64,000 nt of DNA from the NCBI GenBank assembly GCA_965248755.1, contig OZ252149.1, forward strand, positions 2,144,001 to 2,208,000. The letters are read 5' to 3'. A program made the translations under genes and the position numbers. The notes beneath the pieces were generated by a model. That model was not told the DNA's origin, ran no database searches, and saw only the letters and a program-made list of their open reading frames with translations. Origin of the DNA: Candidatus Latescibacterota bacterium. GTDB taxonomy: Bacteria; Latescibacterota; CBDEFO01. Positions 38,687 to 49,280 of this stretch are shown in pieces (the stretch's first letter is position 1; the number at the start of each line of letters is the position of its first letter).

Positions 38687-39727
38687 ATGACAGGTCATGC
38701 ATTCCCCCTGATCGAGGTGGAGGGAAGTTCTTATGAGATGGGCTACCAGCATGGTTCCCAGGCTGCCGATCTGGTGAGGCGATACGTTTTGTGGATAGAG
38801 AAGCTAACGCACACACCAGTAAGTGTACTACGCAAAAACGCTATGGCGTTCAGGCAGGAAATGGAAATACTAAGTCCTCCTTTACTGGAGGAGGTACGCG
38901 GCCTTGCTGACGGGGCAGGTATAAGCTTTGAAGAGGCGATGCTCTGCCAGGTCCGCGCTGAGGCCGCCCAGGTCAGTTCGGGGACGATGGAGGGGTGCTC
39001 CGCCTTTGCCTTGGCAGGAACAGTCACAGCCGACGGCCAGCCCCTTGCCGGCCAGAACCAGGACCTGGAGCCAGAATACGCAGACGTGGCAATATTGCTT
39101 CGGGTAAAGCCTGCCGATGGTCGTCCAAGAGCGCTCATGTTCACCTTTGCCGGACAACTCGGCTACTCGGGAATGAACGAACACGGTCTGACTCACTTTG
39201 CCAATGCTCTGTACGACTATCAGTGGCGTCACGGTTTGCCCCACTATCCCCTAAAGCGGGTAATGCTGGAAAAAGAGACCGTAGAGGAGTGCGTGGAACT
39301 CTTGGAGCGGCACCGCACCTGCTCAGCACACAACGTAGTTCTATGCGACAGCCTGGGTAAAATCGCCGACGTCGAGGTTCGACCTGAGGGAATCGCCCTC
39401 TTTGAGGATAAACATCCACACCTCTGCGTGCACACCAACCATTACTTGACGCCCCAGTTTTCGCCCTTTGAGACCAATTCCCTTCCCGATTCCTGCCCCC
39501 GACTTGCCCGTATGCGTGCCCTGATCGTGGAAAACTGGGGAAAGATAACTGTAGAGACCTTAAAGACTATCCTTGCAGACCACCAAAATGAGGCAAGCGG
39601 CATATGCAGGCACGGAGAAAAGGGGATGCACTCCATATCAGGATACATCGCCGAGCCGGCTAAAGGCGTCCTACACATTCGCCGGGGCCACGGCTGTCTG
39701 GGAACGTGGCAGACCTACCAGGTATAA
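38687..39727 (+). CDS. Peptidase C45 family (Ntn acyltransferase/hydrolase)
   Basis: MGYQHG, the autoproteolytic G-C in EGCSAF, GQNQD and HTNHY. Confidence 0.88.
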   Translation: MTGHAFPLIEVEGSSYEMGYQHGSQAADLVRRYVLWIEKLTHTPVSVLRKNAMAFRQEMEILSPPLLEEVRGLADGAGISFEEAMLCQVRAEAAQVSSGTMEGCSAFALAGTVTADGQPLAGQNQDLEPEYADVAILLRVKPADGRPRALMFTFAGQLGYSGMNEHGLTHFANALYDYQWRHGLPHYPLKRVMLEKETVEECVELLERHRTCSAHNVVLCDSLGKIADVEVRPEGIALFEDKHPHLCVHTNHYLTPQFSPFETNSLPDSCPRLARMRALIVENWGKITVETLKTILADHQNEASGICRHGEKGMHSISGYIAEPAKGVLHIRRGHGCLGTWQTYQV

Positions 39728-39828
39728 TGACGACAGTTTGAAGTATCACCTCGAGTATCTAGTGTTGTTGAATCTCTCTATTCTGACCCAAGAAAGTGAT
39801 TCATTATGATTTTCGTGTTCATAGCTAA

Positions 39829-40029
39829 ATCAACATATCCGTGTATAATATGTTAGGACATAAAGTTCCGAAATCGATGGATAGAAAGATGAATGTGCGC
39901 AATCGCTCTGTAGTCTGGGATAGCAAAGATAATCATGGAAAGAGCTTTGCCGGTGGGGTATATCTCTATCGAATGTAGGCGGATGGTACTGGAAAATTAG
40001 TGCGGACAAGGATACTGTTACTAATGAGA
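39829..40029 (+). pseudogene. Decayed FlgD-Ig/T9SS-type C-terminal domain fragment
   Basis: INISVYNMLGHKV...VVWDSKDNHGKSFAGGVYLYRM*ADG..VRTRILLLMR; no start, internal TAG at 39976. Confidence 0.65.
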
Positions 40030-40220
40030 TGGACTCATTCCCAGAAGAGCCATAACTTTGGCCAGATAGGAATGTCTGACCCACCTTTTTGTATGTCGGT
40101 AGGATAGATATTCTTGCCTGTTCTTATTTAAGGAGCCCGCGGTACCTAACCTGCTGTACAACGTAAGTTTAAATATAGTAATCGTCAATTCTATCTATTC
40201 TTATAGAAGGGAGCAAAGGG

Positions 40221-40718
40221 ATGCTAACAAAGACAGTTCAAGATGCGATCAACGAACAGATCAAAGATGAGCTCTACTCCTCTTATCTGTACCTTTCGAT
40301 GGCCACATATTGCGAAACGATCCATCTTTCGGGGTCTGCTCGCTGGATGCGACTGCAAAGCCAGGAGGAGTATTCACACGCTATGAGGCTCTTCGACTAT
40401 ATTAACGATCGAGGCGGACGCGTGGTTCTTCAGGCTATCGATCAGCCGCCTTCGGAGTTCAAATCGCCGCTGGCCATCTTCAAGCAGGTCCTGGAACACG
40501 AGCAGGAGGTGACAGGGAAGATCCATCGACTCTACGAGCTCTCGGTTGAGGAGAACGACTACGCAACCCAGGTGGAGTTGCAGTGGTTCATCACAGAACA
40601 GGTCGAAGAGGAAAAAGTAACCGCCCAGATCATAGAGCAGTTGAAGATGATAGGAGACCAGGACACCTCTTTACTTATGCTGGACAGACACTTGGGCGAG
40701 CGAGGGGTAAATAACTGA
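40221..40718 (+). CDS. ftnA: Non-heme ferritin
   Basis: NEQIKDELYSSYLY, QEEYSHA and WFITEQVEEE ferroxidase motifs. Confidence 0.92.
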   Translation: MLTKTVQDAINEQIKDELYSSYLYLSMATYCETIHLSGSARWMRLQSQEEYSHAMRLFDYINDRGGRVVLQAIDQPPSEFKSPLAIFKQVLEHEQEVTGKIHRLYELSVEENDYATQVELQWFITEQVEEEKVTAQIIEQLKMIGDQDTSLLMLDRHLGERGVNN

Positions 40719-40867
40719 TTTCTCCCCAAAAAGTTCTTCGATACCTCAGTTCGAGCCGAGGAAATAAGGAGGAATGTCGGTTCATGGTGGAAGTTTTTGC
40801 AGATAGCTGGCTGAACGAAACGATATTTTAAGTAAGGAGGATACAGGGGAGGGAAGATTCGTCTCTG

Positions 40868-40890
40868 CCCCCGATTGAAGCTATCGGGGG
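40868..40890. repeat. REP-like palindrome
   Basis: CCCCCGATTGAAGCTATCGGGGG. Confidence 0.7.
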
Positions 40891-41057
40891 CCTATCTACT
40901 GACTGGGGGCAGGCCTGCGGGTCTGCCCTTACCGTTTACGGGTAGAGATAATTTAGTCACAAAAATATTGAGAACCATCGGATACTATCTATCTTTATCG
41001 AGTACAAATTTTCCGCCTTTAAACCACGCTGATGTTAAATTAGAAGGAAGGGGAAAG

Positions 41058-41778
41058 ATGCGCCCATCATTTGAGGAAGTCTGCGACGGCTTTGTTCAGA
41101 ACGGTTTTGTTATCGTCCCCGACCTGTTCGATCAAGATGAGGTGAAAGTGTTCAAAGAGGAGATCGGTTATATCCTGGATGAAGTGCGGTGTGAGGCCGC
41201 CCGAGCTGGGAAGGATCCTGGGCAGGTCTTGCATAATAGGGTGTACGTGGGTCTGGCAGTGAAGAGCCAACTGTTTCGCCGTGCGGTGAGTGTTGAGCGA
41301 CTGCTCGACATCCTCGAAGCGATAATCAGCCCCAACATCTCTTTTTTAAGTGACAAGGTAGTCTTCAAGAACGAATCAGCAAATTTCGGCAGCCCTTGGC
41401 ACCAGAATTGGCCGTACTGGAAGGGGAGCCACAAGATTTCTGTGGGTTGCGCTGGAGGATTCCACCGCCGGGAACGGCCGCCTGAAATTGCTGCCCCGCT
41501 CCCACAAGGGTTTCGTTGTTCACGATGGGGATACAAATGATGGTTTCGGATTCGAACATCGGCTTCGTCCTGACGCGGTAGATGAAAGTGCGGCTGTAAC
41601 GGCAGAACTTGGTGCCGGTGAAGCGGTGTTATTTCACGATCTGATGCTCCATGCAAGTCATCCAAACAGATCACGGGCAGATCGGTGGGTGTGGCTCCCA
41701 ACTTATCGCGATGCACAGGCCGATGATCCGGACTATCCCTGGGCCAGAGCTGCAGAAGTGGTACGCGGCAGGGGATAG
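41058..41778 (+). pseudogene. Frameshifted PhyH-family dioxygenase
   Basis: ATG 41058. The frame breaks near 41445 (ISV|WVALEDST requires 2 extra nt). The iron motif reads HQN instead of HxD. The second half has LFHDLMLHAS. Confidence 0.8.
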
Positions 41779-41854
41779 TGCATTCAAGACTGACAAAATC
41801 GCTGTCAAGGAGGTCAATGATGGTCTATCGTGATCGGCAAGAGATTAAAAAGAA

Positions 41855-42985
41855 ATGAGAAACTTGCTGTTATTAAGTATCCTACTTTTTACTGCCCAAT
41901 CGGATGCATTCCAGATTAGAAATAGCGATGGTATTTTAATGGAATTCGGCGGTGTGGTGGAGATGGAATTCGTAGATGTTGAAGGCAGCGGCGGTTTTTC
42001 TCATCGAGATCTGACCTTTCAAAAGGTTAAAACACGTAGCCCACACGCGCGAATAGATAAAGCTGTACTGTCGACCAAAATTATTTATAACGAAAATCTA
42101 TACTATAAAGCACAGCTCCGCTTTGATGATAATAAAGCGCGCGTAGATAAGCATTACGCTCACCTTAATGCACCATCGATCCGCACTCTATTTGAAATTG
42201 GGAAAAACCGTCCCTATATTCACACCGGTCGCCGGACGGAGGGCTATCCGCTGATCGGTACTGCCTATTGGAGAGGCCGGGAATATCACATTACCTCACA
42301 GACCGAATTCCCGATAGCCGAAGATGTCAGTTTAGTCGGCGCTCTTTCTACTGCCCAGAAACGTCCGCTGGGCACCGGCGACGCCGCTGAGGACAAATCT
42401 TTCAAACTGATTGTTTACGATGATTCTGCGACAAAAGATGGCCAGACTTTTGAGTATGGCGCTATTCTGGGATTAAAAACACTTGACTTATCTATTTTGA
42501 GTTGGTATTATAACGGCAAACTGATAGACGACTTTGACTGGAAGACACAGCTTTCCCAGAGTTTAGCCGAATACGATAAATTAGGAGATCGCACCGATAG
42601 GACTCATTGCTGGTATGGCGGAAGGATTAGCTTTGATCGGCATAATGTCCATACTCGAGCTGAATTTATCAATTCGCAGGACGGGTTATTACCCCGAGAT
42701 GGTTATTACATCGAAGTGTCTTATCGAATCAAGCTCTTGCCGATAAAAGATATCGAACCTCTAATTCGTTATGGTGTTTTAAATGTCAGAGACCATCCAC
42801 CTCTGCTGGGCAATCCTATGACCTGGGATCGTAAGATGACTACTTTGGCACTATTGACCCGTATCAATAAATATCTAATCATAAAGATGGAGTATTACAT
42901 CCTTGACGAAACAACAGGCGGCGATCCTCCGGAAGATAGTGTGAGGGACAATCAGCTTTTGATCCAATCCAATTTCAAGTTTTAA
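41855..42985 (+). CDS. Outer-membrane porin-like beta-barrel
   Basis: Signal peptide, amphipathic strands and a terminal Phe (QSNFKF). Confidence 0.7.
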   Translation: MRNLLLLSILLFTAQSDAFQIRNSDGILMEFGGVVEMEFVDVEGSGGFSHRDLTFQKVKTRSPHARIDKAVLSTKIIYNENLYYKAQLRFDDNKARVDKHYAHLNAPSIRTLFEIGKNRPYIHTGRRTEGYPLIGTAYWRGREYHITSQTEFPIAEDVSLVGALSTAQKRPLGTGDAAEDKSFKLIVYDDSATKDGQTFEYGAILGLKTLDLSILSWYYNGKLIDDFDWKTQLSQSLAEYDKLGDRTDRTHCWYGGRISFDRHNVHTRAEFINSQDGLLPRDGYYIEVSYRIKLLPIKDIEPLIRYGVLNVRDHPPLLGNPMTWDRKMTTLALLTRINKYLIIKMEYYILDETTGGDPPEDSVRDNQLLIQSNFKF

Positions 42986-43017
42986 GCATATGAGCCGAAT
43001 AATTAAAGGAGGTCTTT

Positions 43018-44265
43018 ACGAGAAATCTGTTGATTTTATGGTCCATGGCGTTATGGATGGTTTTCGCCTGTGGAAGGGACGAAGGAGGTCCTGTTGGCCC
43101 GTCAACTAGCGATTCTTTTCAAATTAAGACCGTCATTTCCCGTGCCATAGAACAGGACGCCAATCCGGAGATCGTTCGCATTGTTCCAGGGACAGATAAC
43201 CGAGCTGTCTTCGTGTCTTCAGCCGTAAACAGACTCACCCTGATTGACTATATGGCGACAGACTTTAATTTTAGCTCCGTTTACGCTCTGGATCCGGGCT
43301 CTGCAACCTCCGAGATGACAGCAATAGATGTTTCACCGGACGGTCAATACATTGCAGTTACAGTGGCCGAAGTTGACTGCGCAAAAGGCTGGATCCTTTT
43401 GGTCAAAATTTACGATGGGACAATCGAAAAACGCATCCAAGTCGGCTATAATCCCGATTCTGCCGCCTTTTCCAATGATGGTAAATGGATTGTTGTTTCC
43501 AACGAAGACGATCGTGAAGATAGACCTTGTAAGCCCGCTGAACGCTTTGGCGGCAGCGTTTCTGTTATAGATTTGAGCAAGGGTGTTACCCATGCAGAGG
43601 TGACACAGGAGATAAGAGTTGACCATGCCGAAGATTCGGAGCCTGAGGGCGTTGAAATATCGCCCGACAACAACACGGTTATCGTCTCTGTGCAGGAGAC
43701 AAGCGAAATCGGCATATTTGAACTGTCAGATGTCCCTGATGCAACTATGACCTTTGTCCCTTTACCAGATGTTGAAGGATTACCCGCCGAGCCCGACGGT
43801 CTTGCGATTTCACCTGATGGCGCCTACGCCTTGATTTCAAATGAGAAGAACGGCTCATTCAGTATGATGAGCCTTACAGATGGGACTCTTCTGAGCACCT
43901 ATCTAGTTGAGGACGATGTTCCTGCGCCTCCCTATAATATCGATCAGCGCAAGTCGACGAAAAGGACCGAACCGGAAGAGTGTGTCCTAATCGAAAAAGA
44001 TGGCAAGCTGTATGCGCTAATTGCCTTACAGGAATCCCATGCGGTGGTAGTTTACGATGTCACCGATCCGACGGATCCCAAATTGGATTCCATTGCTCCG
44101 ACCGGTGTTGACTATGAAAATGATATTGGTATGGAAAAGAGCACTATAGGTACAGAGGGATTATCAGCCCATCCTGAAAATGGAATTGTATTTACTGCAA
44201 ATGAGAGAGAAGGTTCTATTACTATGCTCTCTGCCCTGTGGGCTCGGGAGACAGCGCTTCCATAG
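43018..44265 (+). CDS. Beta-propeller lipoprotein (choice-of-anchor I/YncE-like)
   Basis: Lipobox VFAC; repeated SPDG/EPEG blades; GTEGL..ANEREGSI. The RBS-spaced start codon is ACG 43018; the next in-frame start is TTG 43030. Confidence 0.75.
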   Translation, partial: TRNLLILWSMALWMVFACGRDEGGPVGPSTSDSFQIKTVISRAIEQDANPEIVRIVPGTDNRAVFVSSAVNRLTLIDYMATDFNFSSVYALDPGSATSEMTAIDVSPDGQYIAVTVAEVDCAKGWILLVKIYDGTIEKRIQVGYNPDSAAFSNDGKWIVVSNEDDREDRPCKPAERFGGSVSVIDLSKGVTHAEVTQEIRVDHAEDSEPEGVEISPDNNTVIVSVQETSEIGIFELSDVPDATMTFVPLPDVEGLPAEPDGLAISPDGAYALISNEKNGSFSMMSLTDGTLLSTYLVEDDVPAPPYNIDQRKSTKRTEPEECVLIEKDGKLYALIALQESHAVVVYDVTDPTDPKLDSIAPTGVDYENDIGMEKSTIGTEGLSAHPENGIVFTANEREGSITMLSALWARETALP

Positions 44266-44275
44266 GGAGAAGGTT

Positions 44276-45193
44276 ATGCTTAGGACAATTGTGGTTGGTT
44301 TGATTTTGACTTTGGGGCTTCTGTTGGAAAGCGTCGCTTATAGCCGAGAAAAGCCTAAACAACGTGTCCTTACTCTAGGCAAGGCCACTGACAAAGTATC
44401 GGAAAAACAGAGGGAGTTCGAGCCTATTATAGACTATTTGGCATCAAAGCTTAAGGATGTGGGCATTGAAAAAGGTGAGGTGATACTTGCGGGTGATAAT
44501 AACAACGCTACTATAATTAAGTATCTGAAAGAGGGAAGGATCGACATCATTTTAGATACTCCGTTTGCGGCGTTCCTGTACAAAGCTGAGGTAAGTGCTA
44601 CTCCGATTCTTTTAGCTTGGAGAAAGGGAATGTCTGAGTATAATAGCTTTGTGTTTGTTCGAAGGGACAGTGGAATACGTCGATTGGAAGATTTGAAGGG
44701 GAAGATAATCGCCTTCGAGGATCCGGTGTCAACCTCAGCTTACCTCCTTCCCATGTGCTCAATGAAGATAAAGGGCCTGGATCTGGTTGAATTAGATCAC
44801 TTTGATTCCTCTGTTCCGCCGGGTAAGATAGGCTATATTTTTTCCGGCTCAGAGTTGAATATCTCCAGCTGGGTGTACTATAACAAGGTCACTGCTGGAG
44901 CTTTGAGCAACTTGGATTGGGTTAATTCAAGGGAGAACCCAGAGGCTTATAGAGAGGAGTTTGAGATTATTTATGAGACCCAGAAGGTTCCCAGAATGTT
45001 CGTGATAGTCCGAGCGGGGCTGGAAAAGAAAGTGGTGGATAGGATTAAAGAAGAACTGCTCAAGATGGATAAGAGCGAAGAAGGTAGAGAAGCCCTTAAA
45101 CCGCGCCACATAAATAGATTCGTTGAAATTCCAGAAGAGGGCCTAAAGCTTATTGGTGACGTGTTAAAGACTTGTGCAGAGGAGGTTCGCTAA
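44276..45193 (+). CDS. Phosphate/phosphite/phosphonate-binding protein (PhnD-like)
   Basis: Signal peptide from ATG 44276; LEDLKGKIIAFEDPVSTSAYLLP motif. Confidence 0.85.
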   Translation: MLRTIVVGLILTLGLLLESVAYSREKPKQRVLTLGKATDKVSEKQREFEPIIDYLASKLKDVGIEKGEVILAGDNNNATIIKYLKEGRIDIILDTPFAAFLYKAEVSATPILLAWRKGMSEYNSFVFVRRDSGIRRLEDLKGKIIAFEDPVSTSAYLLPMCSMKIKGLDLVELDHFDSSVPPGKIGYIFSGSELNISSWVYYNKVTAGALSNLDWVNSRENPEAYREEFEIIYETQKVPRMFVIVRAGLEKKVVDRIKEELLKMDKSEEGREALKPRHINRFVEIPEEGLKLIGDVLKTCAEEVR

Positions 45194-45195
45194 GA

Positions 45196-48100
45196 ATGTT
45201 CCCATTCAGAAGCATCCGGACAAAGTTAATGTTATTTACCGCGCTTGTGATCCTCCTGACTGTAGTGGTTTTTATTGCCGTTGTAATAGATCTTCACCGG
45301 CGGAGTTTCTCTGATGTAGAACGCATTAACAAAGTCCTTATGGAGAATGCTCTTCAGCAAGAATGGGATCAGAAAATAAGTGATCTAACAACCCTACTGG
45401 CCAAAAAGCTTGTGGAGCCTATGCATGAAATTGACATTTTCGAAATGGACTATCTTGCCAGGTTGGCCATGGAGGGGAAGGGCATCCTCTATATTTACGT
45501 CCATGATGAAGAAGGGAGGGTTCAGGTTGATGGGACTAAAGAGTCTAAATTGACCGGGAGGATGCTTACCGATCAGCTTACTAAAGGGGCGATTGCTTCC
45601 AAAGATTTGTTAATACAAAGGCAGGAAAATATCTTTGATATATCGGCGCCTATTATGCTTGGGCGAAAGAGACTGGGTATTGTCCGTGTCGGTTTCTCTC
45701 CCGAAGGGATTCAAGAAACCATCGCTCAGATGACCAAAGATGTCGCTTATAGCAAAGATCAAGGGATTAGGATAGCCATAAGAAATACGCTCTTTTGGGC
45801 GTTAGTGATTGTGATTATAGCAATAGTTTTAGGCGCGTTTTATGTTCGCAGGTTACTTTCGCCTATTAATATGCTGGTGAGGGGAACGAAGAGGATAGCG
45901 ACAGGAGATCTCACCTACAGAATAGAGACAGAGTCAGAGGATGAGATCGGCCACTTAGCTGATTCATTCAACCTGATGGTTGATAAATTGGAATATGTAA
46001 ACAAAAACCTGGAAAGACGGGTAGAAATACGAACGGAAGAATTGCAAGGGGAAATATATGAGCGCATTCAGGCGGAGGAGGCATTAAGAGAATCCGAGGA
46101 AAGGTATAGGAGTATATTTGAAAAAGCCCCTGTATCGATTGTCTTATTGGACAAGGATGGTAAAGTAGTCGACATTAATCCTTATCACATAGATCACATA
46201 GGCAAGGGGAAAACTTCTAAAAAAGAATACCTTGGGGAAGATTTTGTAACTCGCTTAAGTATTGTAAATACAGGTATTGCGGAGAGTTACACAAGAGTGA
46301 TCAAAGGAGAGTCTTTGGATTTAAGGGATGTGTATTTCCCCACGACAACTGGGGGTACTGATGCTTATTTCAATGTGAAAGGAGTTCCCTTTTTCAAAAA
46401 TGGTACGGTGATTGGTGCTATTATTATACATGAAAACATCACCGAGCGCAAGCGGATAGAGGAAGAACTGCGATTTAGGAACATTATCCTATCGACTCAG
46501 CAGGAAACTTCGATCGACGGGATCATTGTGGTGGATAGTAAAGGGAAGTGGCTCTCTTTCAACCAGCGATTTATTGACATGTGGGGTATCACTCCTGAGG
46601 TTGAAGAGGCAAGGTCCAGCGAGCGTGCCTTACAGTCGGTGTTGAACAAGCTAGTCGATCCAGAGCAGTTCCTTGCACGGGTGAATTATCTCTATGAACA
46701 CCGCAACGAGAAGAGCTATGATGAGATTGCATTGGTGAACGGCGTAACGTTCGAACGCTACTCCGCCCCGATGTTCAGTCCGGATGGAGAGTACTATGGT
46801 CGGGTCTGGTATCATCACGACATCACCGAGCGCAAGCAGGCGGAGAAGACACTGCAGGAATCTGAGGAATTGTACCGTACTTTGGTTAACAATTCTGTTT
46901 TAGGCTTGGGCATTATCACTTCAAACAAACCATTATTTTGGAGTAACCAGCGTTTAACTGAAATAACAGGTTATACGAAAGAAGAGTACCAGTCCCCTGA
47001 GTTCAATTTCATGAACTTGTTTTTAAAAGAGGATCATAAGTTAATTGAAACCAATATGAGAAACAGGCTTGCTGGCGAACATATTCCTCCTTATGAAATT
47101 CGACTTATAACGAAGGACGAGACGGTCAAATGGATAGAAGTTGGTAATGTATCTGTCAGGTACAAAGGAAAACGTGCTATCCAGCTTCAATTGCTAGACA
47201 TCACGGAGCGCAAGCGGGTGGAAGAGACGCTACGGGAAAGCGAAGCAAAATACAGGATGCTCATTGAGCGTTTACCGATAGGGATTACTATAACGAAACC
47301 GGACGAGACTACCTACTATAATCCGGAAGGTTTGGAGATGTTGGGGTTGGAGCCGAGCGACATCGTTAGCATAAAACCTTCTGATGTCTATGTAGACCTC
47401 AAAGACCGAGAAGAGCTACTGGAACACCTCAATCGTTATGGACACCACGAGTATGAGCACTGGCTCCGACGGAAGGATGGAAAGAATATCCTGGTGCGAG
47501 GCCACAGTGTGGCTATTTGGGATGGACATGGTCAGCTTGACAGATTTGAAGGCTATATGGAGGACATCACCGAGCGCGTTAAAATGGAAGCGGAGCTTCT
47601 AAGAATCAGCAAACTTGAATCGATAGGTATCCTTTCTGCTGGAATTGCTCACGACTTTAATAATATTCTAGCTACAATTATGGTTAATGTCTCCCTTGCA
47701 AAGATATATGCAGAGTCGGGAGATAAAATCTGTGAAGTATTGACAAATGTGGAAAAAGCGTCCATGAGGGCAAAGGACTTGACCCAGCAATTGCTTACCT
47801 TTTCCAAAGGCGGAGCACCAATTAAGAAAACAGTCGCTATCCCAGGGCTGATAAAAGATTCAATTGACTTTGCCTTGAGAGGCTCCAATGCTACGGGTGA
47901 AATTTCCATGCCAGACGATCTTTGGGCGGTCGAAGTTGATGAAGGACAGATAAGTCAGGTCATCAACAATTTGATTATCAATGCTTACCAGGCAATGCCT
48001 GAAGGCGGGACAATTAAGGTGCGTGCTGAAAATGTTTCTGTGGGAGCAAAACACTCTCTCCCTTTGCAGGAGGGAAAATATATAAAAATATGTGTTGAAG

Positions 48101-48732
48101 ATCAGGGGATCGGTATATCCCAGGAGCATCTTGATAAGATATTCGATCCCTTTTTCACGACTAAACAGGAAGGCAGCGGCCTTGGTCTTACGATTTCCTA
48201 TTCCATAATTACAAACCACGATGGGTACATAAGTGTAGAATCCGAGCTGGGAGTTGGAACTACCTTCCATATCTATCTCCCCGGTACCTCAAAAGAAATA
48301 CAGATAAAGGAAGATGTAGAGGAAAGACCCCTTGCCGGCAAAGGCAAGATTTTGATAATGGACGATGAGGTAGACATCAGAGAGTCTGTCAGCCAAGCAC
48401 TGACTCATTTTGGATATAAGGCACAGTTTGCCGAAGATGGCGCCGCAGCTATCAAGCTTTACAAGCAGGCCCAGAAATCAGGACAGCCCTTTGATGCAGT
48501 TATTATGGATTTAACTGTGCCTGGCGGTATCGGGGGAAAAGAAGCCATCAGGAAGCTGCTTGAAATAGACCCTGAGGTTAAGGCAATTGTATCGAGCGGT
48601 TATTCTAAGGATCCAGTATTAGCCAATTTCAGGCAATATGGTTTTAGCAGTTTTGTTGCCAAACCATATAAGGTCGAAGAACTGAGCAAGATATTGCACG
48701 AGGTGATAATGGGAACGAGTGAATCATCCTAA
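45196..48732 (+). CDS. Hybrid sensor histidine kinase (TM, HAMP, four PAS, HisKA, HATPase, REC)
   Basis: EDEIGHLADSFN, four (D/N)ITER PAS ends, GIAHDFNN, PFFTTK..GSGLGL and a receiver ILIMDDE..MDLTVP. Confidence 0.93.
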   Translation: MFPFRSIRTKLMLFTALVILLTVVVFIAVVIDLHRRSFSDVERINKVLMENALQQEWDQKISDLTTLLAKKLVEPMHEIDIFEMDYLARLAMEGKGILYIYVHDEEGRVQVDGTKESKLTGRMLTDQLTKGAIASKDLLIQRQENIFDISAPIMLGRKRLGIVRVGFSPEGIQETIAQMTKDVAYSKDQGIRIAIRNTLFWALVIVIIAIVLGAFYVRRLLSPINMLVRGTKRIATGDLTYRIETESEDEIGHLADSFNLMVDKLEYVNKNLERRVEIRTEELQGEIYERIQAEEALRESEERYRSIFEKAPVSIVLLDKDGKVVDINPYHIDHIGKGKTSKKEYLGEDFVTRLSIVNTGIAESYTRVIKGESLDLRDVYFPTTTGGTDAYFNVKGVPFFKNGTVIGAIIIHENITERKRIEEELRFRNIILSTQQETSIDGIIVVDSKGKWLSFNQRFIDMWGITPEVEEARSSERALQSVLNKLVDPEQFLARVNYLYEHRNEKSYDEIALVNGVTFERYSAPMFSPDGEYYGRVWYHHDITERKQAEKTLQESEELYRTLVNNSVLGLGIITSNKPLFWSNQRLTEITGYTKEEYQSPEFNFMNLFLKEDHKLIETNMRNRLAGEHIPPYEIRLITKDETVKWIEVGNVSVRYKGKRAIQLQLLDITERKRVEETLRESEAKYRMLIERLPIGITITKPDETTYYNPEGLEMLGLEPSDIVSIKPSDVYVDLKDREELLEHLNRYGHHEYEHWLRRKDGKNILVRGHSVAIWDGHGQLDRFEGYMEDITERVKMEAELLRISKLESIGILSAGIAHDFNNILATIMVNVSLAKIYAESGDKICEVLTNVEKASMRAKDLTQQLLTFSKGGAPIKKTVAIPGLIKDSIDFALRGSNATGEISMPDDLWAVEVDEGQISQVINNLIINAYQAMPEGGTIKVRAENVSVGAKHSLPLQEGKYIKICVEDQGIGISQEHLDKIFDPFFTTKQEGSGLGLTISYSIITNHDGYISVESELGVGTTFHIYLPGTSKEIQIKEDVEERPLAGKGKILIMDDEVDIRESVSQALTHFGYKAQFAEDGAAAIKLYKQAQKSGQPFDAVIMDLTVPGGIGGKEAIRKLLEIDPEVKAIVSSGYSKDPVLANFRQYGFSSFVAKPYKVEELSKILHEVIMGTSESS

Positions 48733-48780
48733 AGGTAAAGAGTCTCTACATGTAGAACGGTCGGCGATACTCGAACACAC

Positions 48781-48810
48781 AGTCCGTCATAAATGGCGGG
48801 CTTTCTTTTT
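48781..48810 (+). terminator. Rho-independent terminator
   Basis: AGTCCGTCAT-AA-ATGGCGGGCT followed by TTCTTTTT. Confidence 0.65.
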
Positions 48811-48950
48811 ATATAGTATTTATAGAATAGTTTATTCATACTAAATAATTGTAGAATATATATGTTATGATTTGAAAAAGGTTGACAAAGAGTCGGTATC
48901 GTCCATACCGCTCCCCTTGACAGAGCGACAAATATTTCGCAAATTGGGGT

Positions 48951-49280
48951 TTGAGAAGGGAGGTCAAGGTGTCGAGCCCCGAAGTGAAAGATGGTAAGCG
49001 CTGGACGGCGACCCGTAAGGGAGAGATTGTGTTGGCTCTTTTGAGAGGAGCAGATCTATCTGAGGTGTGTCGTAAGAATGGAATTAGCCAGTCGCAGGCG
49101 TATGCTTGGCGTGATAGTTTCTTAGAAGGGGGCCAGGAGAGTCTGAAGTCTCGGCGTGGTCGCAAGGATCCGAAGGAGCGAGAGGTTAGCCGGTTGGAGC
49201 GCAAGGTAGGGCAGTTGACGCTCCAGTTGGAGATACTCGAAGAGGTAGCCCGTCTAAAAAAAACGAAGCGGTTGCCTTGA
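48951..49280 (+). CDS. IS3 transposase OrfA (HTH)
   Basis: RWTATRKGEIVLALLRG..EVCRKNGIS; an A8 run at 49256-49263 is the likely -1 frameshift site. Confidence 0.85.
   Translation: MRREVKVSSPEVKDGKRWTATRKGEIVLALLRGADLSEVCRKNGISQSQAYAWRDSFLEGGQESLKSRRGRKDPKEREVSRLERKVGQLTLQLEILEEVARLKKTKRLP

Noticed and set aside
40875..41057. N-terminal extension of the 40875 ORF
   Set aside because: It starts inside a REP-like repeat; the PhyH similarity and RBS point to ATG 41058.
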